The translations under genes were made by a program, and so were the position numbers. Below are positions 1 to 7,534 of a stretch of DNA of 15,040 nucleotides, one piece after another. The notes beneath the pieces were generated by a model that made no database searches, was not told the origin of the DNA, and saw only the letters and a program-made list of their open reading frames with translations. Position 1 is the stretch's first letter. Each line of letters begins with the position of its first letter. Origin of the DNA: an uncultured Pseudomonadota bacterium (GTDB taxonomy: Bacteria > Pseudomonadota > Alphaproteobacteria > JACZXZ01); contig CAVVLJ010000018.1 in NCBI GenBank assembly GCA_963749075.1, positions 1 to 15,040 on the forward strand, read 5' to 3'.

Positions 1-952
1 CGTTTCCTCCCGGCAGCGTTGCTGCGCGTAAGGGCAGCGGGTGTGGAAGCGGCAGCCGGGGGGTACCGCGAGCGGAACTCGGCACGTCGCCTTCGAAAAT
101 CATGCGCTGCCGGCCGCTCCGCGGCGCCGGCAGCGGCATGGCCGAGAGCAGCGCCTCGTATAGGGATGGCGCGGCTCGTCGAACGAGCGCTCCGTGGCGC
201 GCTCTCGACGACCTTGCCGAGATACATCACCGCGATGCGGTCGCAGACATGCCGCACCACGGCGAGGTCGTGCGAGATGAAGATGAGGCCGAGGCCGTCG
301 CGCCTGGAGGTCCTTCAGCAGGTTGACGATCTGCGCCTGCACCGAAACGTCGAGCGCCGACACCGGCTCGTCGCAGACGATGAAGTCGGGTTGCACCGCG
401 AGCGCGCGCGCGATGCCGATGCGCTGCCGCTGGCCGCCGGAAAACTCGTGCGGGTAGCGCCCGGTGATCGGGGCGAGGCCGACCCAGTCGAGGTCAGCGC
501 GCGACCGTATCCTCGGCTCGCGCGCCCGCGCGCCAGCCCGGGGATGGCGAGCGGCTCGGCCGACGATTCGCGCACCGTCATGCGCGGGTTGAGCGAGCGC
601 GTACGGGTCCTGGAAGACGATCTGCATGCGGCGGCGCATGGCGCGGAGCCGGGCGCGGCCAGGCCGGTGAGGTCGCGGCCCGTCGAAGCGGATGGCGCCG
701 GCGGCTGGCTCGACGAGGCGCGGCAGCATGGCGCGCGCCAGCGAGGTCGATTTGCCGCAGCCGCTTTCGCCGACGAGGCCCAGCGTCTCTCCGGGCGAGA
801 GGGCTGAAATCGACGCCGTCGACGGCCTTGACCGTGCCGCGCGCGCGGCCGAAGAGGCCGGAAGCGAGCCGGAAGTGCTTGACGAGGCCCTCGACCTCGA
901 GGAGGGGGGCTGCGCTCATCGCGCCGACTCCGGCTGCGCCGCGCGCGGCCAT
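1..952 (-). CDS. Oligopeptide/dipeptide ABC transporter ATP-binding subunit (OppF/DppF-like); multiple apparent frameshifts; 3' end runs off the window
   Basis: Joining frames gives [21 protein letters not shown], Walker [11 protein letters not shown]-loop IVFQDP, signature [19 protein letters not shown], Walker [25 protein letters not shown] and C-terminal [20 protein letters not shown] at 952 overlaps the upstream stop (TGATG) after AAGGAGG; an alternative ATG is at 919. Confidence 0.85.
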
Positions 953-1980
953 CACGCTCCCTCCTTGAGCGGTGCCTTGAGGCAAGCGGCGAAATGCCGC
1001 GCCTGGAGCTCGCGGAGCGGCGGCTCGCTCCTGCGGCACTCGGCGTCCGCGAAGGGGCAGCGCGGATGGAAGGAGCAGCCTTGCGGCAATGCGAGCGGGT
1101 TCGGCACCGTGCCCTCGATGGTGGCGAGGCGCGCCTTGTCGTCGTGGAGCTTGGGCAAGGCACCCAGGAGCCCGATCGTATAGGGATGCTGCGGCTCGGC
1201 GAAAAGTGCCTCGACCGGTGCGCGCTCGACGATCTTGCCGGCATACATGACGGCGACCTCTTGCGCGAGTCTCGGCGATGACGCCGAGGTCGTGGGTGAT
1301 CATGACGATGGCGGTGCCGAATTCGGCGTGCAGCTCGCGCATGAGGTCGAGGATCTGGGCCTGGATGGTGACGTCGAGTGCGGTCGTCGGCTCGTCGGCG
1401 ATGAGGAGCTTGGGGCCGCAGACGAGCGCCATGGCGATCATGATGCGTTGGCGCATGCCGCCCGAGAGCTTGTGGGGATAGTCGTCGTAGCGCGCCTCGG
1501 CCGCCGGGATGTGAACGCGGCGCATCATCTCGATCGCGCGCGCGCGCGCCTCGCCGCGGCCGACTTTCCTGTGGCGCTGGACCGCCTCGGCGATCTGGTC
1601 GCCCACGGTGAAGGCGGGATTGAGCGAGGTCATCGGCTCCTGGAAGATCATCGAGATCTCGATTGCCGCGCAGCTCCCTGAGCTCGGCGCGGGAGAGCCG
1701 CAACAGGTCCTGGCCTTGGAAGATCACCTCCCCGCCGGCGATCCGCCCCGGCGGAGAGGGGATGAGCCCCATGATCGAGAGCGAGGTGACGCTCTTGCCG
1801 CAGCCCGACTCGCCGACGAGGCCGAGCGTGCGGCCCGGCCTCGAGCGCGAAGCTCACCCCGTCGACCGCTCGGTAGTCGCCTTCCGTGCTCGCGAAATAG
1901 GTCTTGAGGCCGCGCACCTCGAGGAGCGGCGTGGGAAGTGCCTCTCTTTGCCCGTGCCGCTCGCCGCCCGCCTCGATCAT
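952..1980 (-). CDS. Oligopeptide/dipeptide ABC transporter ATP-binding subunit (OppD/DppD-like); three apparent frameshifts (near 1832, 1660, 1270)
   Basis: Joined frames: [74 protein letters not shown]-loop [30 protein letters not shown]. Confidence 0.88.
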
Positions 1981-1986
1981 CGCGGC

Positions 1987-2700
1987 TCAGCCTTCGCGCG
2001 CCGCTTGGCGGCGGGCCAGCTCGGCGTCGATGACGGCGCGGTCGTAGACGCCGGCCGGGTTCATCTGGTTCGGCAGGAAGGCGAGGAAGGGCTGGAAAAT
2101 CTCCTTGCTCACCTCGTGGAGACGGCGGAGCTCGATGAGCGGCTCCGGATGATCGTCGACCCTGAGATCGAGGCTCGGGTAGATCTCCGTCGTAAAGATG
2201 CGCAGTGCCGCCGACTGCTTGCCGCGCTTGTCCCCGCCCGCCGCCTGGCCGGCGTCGAGGGCTGCGAGCAGGCGCTCCGCGAAGGGAAGCCGGGCGTTCG
2301 CCTCATAGGCCGCGGCCGTGTCGTCGACCACCCGCTCGCCCGCCAGCATGTTGCCGGCGACCGAATAGCCCTGGCCAGCGCGTGCCCCGCACCAGCCGAT
2401 GCAATTCCGCCCGCTATGCTGGGCGATGCGGCCGCGGCGATCGATCAGGTGGAGTTGGCGATGCTCGCGGCCCTCGTCGGCGCTGACGAGGCGGCGCACG
2501 ATCTCCTGAGGCTCGACCTCGGCCGCGAGGAGCTCGAGGCCGAGCGGTCCGAACAGCGGATTGATGAGGGCCTGCGTGGCAAGCGCCCCGACGCCGCTCC
2601 GCGCATGGGGGCAGAGCGCGCCGACGGCGAAGAAGCGGGTGGTGACGGCGACGCCGAAAGCACCGGTTTCCGGGTCGTGCGCCACGATCGACCAGGTCAT
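1987..2700 (-). CDS. DUF1028 family protein (putative Ntn-hydrolase fold)
   Basis: Characteristic N-terminus MTWSIVAHDPETGAFGVAV and motifs GALATQA, SVAGNML, AGGDKRGKQSAAL, LDLRVDDH. RBS GAAGGAG upstream of ATG 2700. Confidence 0.9.
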   Translation of the reverse strand: MTWSIVAHDPETGAFGVAVTTRFFAVGALCPHARSGVGALATQALINPLFGPLGLELLAAEVEPQEIVRRLVSADEGREHRQLHLIDRRGRIAQHSGRNCIGWCGARAGQGYSVAGNMLAGERVVDDTAAAYEANARLPFAERLLAALDAGQAAGGDKRGKQSAALRIFTTEIYPSLDLRVDDHPEPLIELRRLHEVSKEIFQPFLAFLPNQMNPAGVYDRAVIDAELARRQAAREG

Positions 2701-2819
2701 GGGGGCCTTCTCCTTCGTCCGGCTCCGCCGGCGGAGCCAAGCGCAGAAGCGGCCTACCTTGCCCCAGGCCCGGTGCTTGCGCAAACACTTATCGCGGCAC
2801 TGCCGCCGCGCGTGCCCGC

Positions 2820-2858
2820 AAAAGGCCGGGCCGGCCAGGTTGCCCCGGCCGGCCCGCC
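2820..2858 (-). terminator. Probable intrinsic terminator downstream of speD
   Basis: Minus strand GGGCCGGCCGGG-GCAA-CCTGGCCGGCCC (12-bp stem with one G-U pair, GNRA loop) followed by GGCCTTTT, about 35 nt after the speD stop. Confidence 0.7.
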
Positions 2859-2891
2859 AATTTTGCGACGATGGCTTGCCCGCCCCTCGTC

Positions 2892-3431
2892 TCAGGCGGC
2901 ACTCGCCTCAGCCTCGCCCTGCACCTCGCCGCGCAGGAACTCCTGCACGCTCATCGACTTCGGCTTGAAGGCGCGCTCCAGGACCGGGACCGACTTGTGC
3001 GGATCGGCCTTGCCGCACATGAAGATGTCGAAGGCCGCGAAGCCGCGCTCGGGCCAGGTGTGGACGCTGATGTGCAATTCGGCGAGCACCGCCACCCCCG
3101 ACACGCCGCCGTTGGGCGAGAAGTGATGCAGGTGGATGTGGAGCAGCGTCGCGTCCGCCGCCTCGACCGCCTCCACGAGCGCGCGCTCGATGTAGGGCAC
3201 GTCGGTAAGGTGCTCGGCCCCGCTCAAATCGAGGATCAGATGGGTGCCGGCAAACGTCTTGCCGTTGCGCGTGACGAAGTAGTCCTTCGGCGCAAATTCG
3301 TCGGACTGGAAGAATGCCGGGGTTGCACCGGTCGCGGTTCTGGACAGGTCGGGCGTAACCGCTGGCGCCGATGCCTTCGCCGTGCGCTGCGCGCGCCCCA
3401 AGTCCATCCCCAATTTGAAGCGAGTGGTCAT
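2892..3431 (-). CDS. speD: S-adenosylmethionine decarboxylase proenzyme family protein; the self-cleavage Ser reads as Leu
   Basis: GTHLILDL, ATLLHIHLHHFSPNGGVSGVAVLAE[L]HISVHTWPE, AAFDIFMCG. The canonical motif is E-S-H. Confidence 0.9.
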   Translation of the reverse strand: MTTRFKLGMDLGRAQRTAKASAPAVTPDLSRTATGATPAFFQSDEFAPKDYFVTRNGKTFAGTHLILDLSGAEHLTDVPYIERALVEAVEAADATLLHIHLHHFSPNGGVSGVAVLAELHISVHTWPERGFAAFDIFMCGKADPHKSVPVLERAFKPKSMSVQEFLRGEVQGEAEASAA

Positions 3432-3484
3432 AAGATCACACCCCCAAACCAGAAGATGTCTCGGTAAGCACGAGATTATTTCGC

Positions 3485-3522
3485 CATATGAGGCAACTCG
3501 ACCCGGAATGCAATAAAAAATT
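3485..3522 (-). promoter_or_regulatory. Putative sigma70 promoter of speD
   Basis: Minus strand TTGCAT (3513-3508), 17-nt spacer, CATATG (3490-3485), preceded by an AT-rich tract AATTTTTTA; 53 nt upstream of the ATG. Confidence 0.6.
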
Positions 3523-3693
3523 CACCTGGAGCCCAATTTTTTCCGTCGGCCGGCCCGGCTCGGCGAGTATGACCATCTCTCGGGAGCTCTCCGCCCGCAA
3601 GTGCTGGGCGGCGAGGCCACTTCCGGGAGCAACCGTTCTCGGGCATGATGGGAGACGAACGACGGGCTCTCCCTCGAGCCCAGGAGGTGAGCG

Positions 3694-4491
3694 ATGAGCC
3701 AAGTACTGCGCAAAGCCAGCGACGACGAGGGGCTTCTCGTCAACCGCATGCAGCTTCCCTTCGAGCTCGACGCCGGGATCGCCGCGCGGGCGGCGATCGG
3801 GCTCATCGTGCTCGCGACCGACCATACCATCGAGCACGAGTGGCGCCGCATGCTCTCCTTGGAGGGCGTCGCCTTCTACGAGAGCCGCATCTACAACTCG
3901 AGCCAGGTGACGCCGGAGACGCTCAAGGAGATGGAGGCGGGCCTCTCCACCGCCGCCGGCCTGATCCGCCCGGGCGAGCGGCTCAACGTCATGGCCTACG
4001 GCTGCACCTCGGGCGCCATGGTCATCGGCGAGGAGAAGGTGTTCCAGCGCCTGCGCGAGGCGAGGCCGGGCATTCCCTGCACCACCCCGATTACCGCCGC
4101 CCTCGCCGCCTTCAAGGCGCTGGCAGTTTCGCGCGTCGCCCTCCTCACCCCTTATATCAATTCGATCAACCGCATGATGCGGCGCTACATCGAGGAGCGC
4201 GGCGTCGCCGTGCCGGTCATGGGCTCCTTCAACCACGAGAACGACAACGAGGTCGCGCGCATCGCGCCGGCCTCGATCGAGAGTGCGGTGCTCGAGCTCG
4301 GCCGCCATCCGGCCGTCGATGCCGTGTTCGTCTCCTGCACGAGCCTGCGCGTGGCCGAGCACGTGGCGGCGATGGAGGCGAAGCTCGGCAAGCCCGTCAC
4401 CGCGAGCAACCATGCCATGGCCTGGCACAGCCTGCGCCTTGCCGGCTACCGCGATAGTGTGCCGGGGTTCGGACGGCTGCTTACCAGATGA
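3694..4491 (+). CDS. Asp/Glu racemase / maleate cis-trans isomerase family protein (EutA / arylmalonate decarboxylase-like)
   Basis: IGLIVLATDHTIE, paired catalytic Cys motifs YGCTSG and VSCTSLR, VALLTPY, GKPVTASNHA. Strong RBS AGGAGGT. Confidence 0.88.
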   Translation: MSQVLRKASDDEGLLVNRMQLPFELDAGIAARAAIGLIVLATDHTIEHEWRRMLSLEGVAFYESRIYNSSQVTPETLKEMEAGLSTAAGLIRPGERLNVMAYGCTSGAMVIGEEKVFQRLREARPGIPCTTPITAALAAFKALAVSRVALLTPYINSINRMMRRYIEERGVAVPVMGSFNHENDNEVARIAPASIESAVLELGRHPAVDAVFVSCTSLRVAEHVAAMEAKLGKPVTASNHAMAWHSLRLAGYRDSVPGFGRLLTR

Positions 4492-4525
4492 CAGACGCCA
4501 GATGACAGAGGACAGAAAATAGAAG
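4484..4525 (+). repeat. Degenerate 7-bp tandem repeat, 6 units
   Basis: CCAGATG ACAGACG CCAGATG ACAGAGG ACAGAAA ATAGAAG, between two convergent stop codons. Confidence 0.7.
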
Positions 4526-4526
4526 C

Positions 4527-5834
4527 TCAGGCGGCCGGTTTCACCTTGGCCGCTCTCTCCTCCGTCGTGCGTTTTCCGCCGTCTGAACCGTAGCGCTCAA
4601 TCCCCAGCCCCTCCGCGGGGTGCTCGCTCTTGCGGCCCGCCATGAGGTCGACGAGGATGCGGCTCGACCCCGCCGACATGGTCCAGCCCATGTGGCCCTG
4701 GCCGGTGTTGTACCAGAGCCGCTCGAGCGGCGAGGGGCCGATGATGGGCGGCCCGTCGGGCGTCATCGGCCGCAAGCAGGACCAATAGCTCGGCTTGGAG
4801 AAATCGACGCCCTTGGGGAAGAGCTCGCGCGCCACCGCCATCATGGTCGCGAAGTCCGCCGGCTTGTGGCTGTTGTCATAGCCGGAGAAGTCCGCCGTTG
4901 CGGTCATGCGCAGGCGGTCGCCCATGCCGCAATAGGCGACGAGCGAGCCCTCGTCGACCCCGCCGACGGTGGGGGCCAGCTTGGGCTCGATCGGCAGCGT
5001 GAGCGAGAAGCCCTTGACCGGGTAGACGGGGAGCTGGAGCCCGGCCGTGCGCGCCAGGAGCGAGCTGTAGCTGCCGAGCGAGAGGACATAGGCATCGCCG
5101 CTCATGGCCCCCCGCGCGGTCGCCACGGCGGCGAGCTTGCCCCCACTCGTCTCGAGCCCGCGCACCTCGCAGCCGAGTTCGAACTTGACGCCCATGCGCC
5201 TGCACGCTTGCGCGAGCTGCACGGTGAAGGCCTGGCAATCCCCGCTCCCGTCGTTCGGGCAATAGACGGCACCCGCGATCTTTCCCTCGATCGGCTTCAA
5301 GGCCGGCTCGATCTCGACGCAGCGCTTGGCATCGATGATCTCCACGCTCTGCCCATGATCCTTCATGAGCGTCATGTTTTGCACCCCTTGGGCGAAGTGC
5401 GCGGGGTCGCGGTAGAAGAACAGCAGCCCTTTCCTGTACTGGTGATAGCGGAGGCCCTCGGCTGCGGCGATCTCCTCGAGCTTCGCCTGGCTGTAGCGGC
5501 AGAGGGCGAGTTTGATGAGCGTGTTGGCCCGCGCGCGCTCGGCCGTGCAGGCGGCGAGGAACTTGAGACCCCAAATCCAAAAATGCGGATCGAGGCTGAA
5601 GTGCATGCGGTAGGCGAGATCGCGCTGCCAGATCGACTGCACGAGCAGCTTCGGCGCACGCGGCGAGTTCCAGGTGAAGGAGTGGCCGGGCGCGATCAGG
5701 CCGGCGTTCGCGTAACTGGTCTCGGCAGCCGCCTCGTTCTGGCGGTCGAGCACCACCACCTCATGGCCGGCCTTGGCGAGATAATAGGCCGTGGTGATGC
5801 CGACGACGCCTGCTCCCATCACGATCGTCTTCAT
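4527..5834 (-). CDS. dadA: D-amino acid dehydrogenase (FAD-dependent, DadA family)
   Basis: MKTIVMGAGVVG FAD-binding motif, ETSYANAG, SGDC, LPVYPVKGFSLT, LRPMTPDGPPIIG, NTGQGHMGWTM. Confidence 0.88.
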   Translation of the reverse strand: MKTIVMGAGVVGITTAYYLAKAGHEVVVLDRQNEAAAETSYANAGLIAPGHSFTWNSPRAPKLLVQSIWQRDLAYRMHFSLDPHFWIWGLKFLAACTAERARANTLIKLALCRYSQAKLEEIAAAEGLRYHQYRKGLLFFYRDPAHFAQGVQNMTLMKDHGQSVEIIDAKRCVEIEPALKPIEGKIAGAVYCPNDGSGDCQAFTVQLAQACRRMGVKFELGCEVRGLETSGGKLAAVATARGAMSGDAYVLSLGSYSSLLARTAGLQLPVYPVKGFSLTLPIEPKLAPTVGGVDEGSLVAYCGMGDRLRMTATADFSGYDNSHKPADFATMMAVARELFPKGVDFSKPSYWSCLRPMTPDGPPIIGPSPLERLWYNTGQGHMGWTMSAGSSRILVDLMAGRKSEHPAEGLGIERYGSDGGKRTTEERAAKVKPAA

Positions 5835-5955
5835 GGCACACGTTCCCCTGTTCGCCGTTGGCCCCGATCCTATGCGATGGTGCCGGCCTTGCAAAGGCTG
5901 GCAAGCGGGGTGCTCGGCTCCTAGGATGCGCGCGCGGCCACGGCAGGGAGGCGAA

Positions 5956-6510
5956 ATGGCGGGGCGCGGGACGCTCTTTCTCGTGGTGGGACCGAGCGGA
6001 GCCGGCAAGGATGCGCTCATCGCGGCGGCGCGCGCCGCCCTCGCGCGCGACCCGAACTTCCTCTTTCCGCGCCGGCTCATCACGCGCCCGGCCGAAGCGG
6101 GCGGGGAGGACCATATCGCGATGTCGCAGGCCGCATTCGAGGCGGCCGCGGCCGAAGGCGCTTTCAGCCTCCACTGGCGCAGCCACGGGCTCGGCTACGG
6201 CATCTCGAAAGAGCTCGAGACGGCGCTTGCCGCGGGCCGCAACGTCGTCGTCAACGTCTCCCGCAGCGTGGTTGACGAGGCGCGGAAGCGGCTCCAGCCG
6301 GTCAAGATCATCCTGGTCACGGCGCCCGTGCCGGTGCTCGCCGAGCGCCTGGCCGCGCGGGGGCGCGAGTTCGCGGCCGAGATCGCCGAGCGGCTCGCGC
6401 GCGCCTCCTATGCGGAACCCTCCGGCCGCGACGTGGTCAGAATCGAGAATGCCGGCGCGCTCGCGGAGGCGGTCGCGGCATTCCTCGCGGCGTTGCGCGG
6501 GGACGGTTAG
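5956..6510 (+). CDS. phnN: Ribose 1,5-bisphosphate phosphokinase PhnN (guanylate kinase-like)
   Basis: LFLVVGPSGAGKD P-loop, RRLITRP..GGEDH, FSLHWRSHGLGYGI, VVVNVSR, LAERLAARGRE. RBS GGGAGG. Confidence 0.9.
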   Translation: MAGRGTLFLVVGPSGAGKDALIAAARAALARDPNFLFPRRLITRPAEAGGEDHIAMSQAAFEAAAAEGAFSLHWRSHGLGYGISKELETALAAGRNVVVNVSRSVVDEARKRLQPVKIILVTAPVPVLAERLAARGREFAAEIAERLARASYAEPSGRDVVRIENAGALAEAVAAFLAALRGDG

Positions 6511-6537
6511 TACCAGCCCTCAACAGTCCGAGCGTCG

Positions 6538-6634
6538 CCCCCACCCCACCCTCCCCCTTCGAGGGGGAGGGGGACTTTATTGCCATGCCATGCACTTCCC
6601 CTCCCCCCTTGAGGGGGAGGGTTAGGGTGGGGGG
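6538..6634. repeat. BoxC/RIME-like palindromic intergenic element
   Basis: Two inverted units, CCCCCACCCCACCCTCCCCCTTCGAGGGGGAGGGGG and CCCCTCCCCCCTTGAGGGGGAGGGTTAGGGTGGGGGG, each with an internal hairpin and with near-complementary outer arms, between convergent phnN and mlaC-like genes. Confidence 0.8.
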
Positions 6635-6687
6635 TGTATCACGCACCCAAGATTTCGGGCACTAGCACCGGCGCAAGTGGCATTGTC

Positions 6688-7329
6688 TCAATTGCTGCTC
6701 GAGGCCGCCTTGAGATTGTCGACCTTGATCTGGAGCTCGTGGAGGAGTCCATCCAGTCCCTCGTGCTGGATCACGGAGGAGAACTCCTGGCGCTGCGTGA
6801 GCGCCATGCTGATGCCCTCGACCACCACGTCGACGATCTTCATGTGGCCTTGCATGTTCCGTACGCGCCAGCCGGCCTTGATCGGGGGACCCTCGGCGCG
6901 GTCGATCTCGGTCTCGACCAGGGCGTCGGTCTCCGCGATCGGCTGCTGGCCGACGACCTTGAAGGTCTCGCCCCTGTAGGCGCCGATCCGCCGCGTGTAG
7001 GTGTTGAGCACCCAGGTCTCGAACAGGGTGCGGTATTGCGCCTTCTGCGCGGGGCTTGCCGTGCGCCAGGAATTGCCGAGGACGAAGCGGCCGATGAGAT
7101 CGAGATCGAAGCCTTCGTGAAAGATCTGCTTGAACTCCTCCTCGCTCTTGGCCGCCTCGGCCGGCGTGTAGTTTGCGAAGAGCGCCACCGCCCGATTGCC
7201 CAGATCCTGGATGAACTTGGCCGCCTCCACGGGCGAGGTGGGGCTCTCCTCGGCGCCCGCGGGTGCCGCGGCTGCGGCGAGCAATCCCAGCAGCACGAGG
7301 CAGGGGGCTAGCCTTTTCGCAAGGGTCAT
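6688..7329 (-). CDS. mlaC: MlaC/Ttg2D family periplasmic phospholipid-binding protein
   Basis: Signal peptide (…LAAAAAPAGA-EE), FDLDLIGRFVLG.SWR.AS..Q, KIVDVVVEGISMALTQRQEFSSVI. Confidence 0.82.
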   Translation of the reverse strand: MTLAKRLAPCLVLLGLLAAAAAPAGAEESPTSPVEAAKFIQDLGNRAVALFANYTPAEAAKSEEEFKQIFHEGFDLDLIGRFVLGNSWRTASPAQKAQYRTLFETWVLNTYTRRIGAYRGETFKVVGQQPIAETDALVETEIDRAEGPPIKAGWRVRNMQGHMKIVDVVVEGISMALTQRQEFSSVIQHEGLDGLLHELQIKVDNLKAASSSN

Positions 7330-7534
7330 CGGGCAACTCCGATCGTGATTGAGGCAGCGGCAGGTCGCCTCGAGGTGCGATCCCGGGCACGGACTCCATA
7401 CGGGCCGAGCCGCGCGATCCTGCGCTCCGAGGCCGCAGAGGATCGCCGCAGGCCGCCGCAGAGTGCGTCCGGCGCGCGAAAATAAAGGAGGCGAGAGGCC
7501 CGCCGCAAGCGCTCAATTGTGACGATTTTCGGGC

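Noticed and set aside
1-1980. Programmed ribosomal frameshifting in the ABC ATPase genes
   Set aside because: Too many shifts in both directions and no slippery heptamers; sequence error explains them more simply.
2766-2781. Sigma54-like AGGCCCGGTGCTTGCG (GG-N10-GC) on the plus strand
   Set aside because: It points away from the DUF1028 operon toward the speD terminator, with no sense gene downstream.
4484-6634. Repeats at 4484-4525 and 6538-6634 as CRISPR arrays
   Set aside because: No repeat-spacer periodicity and no cas genes.
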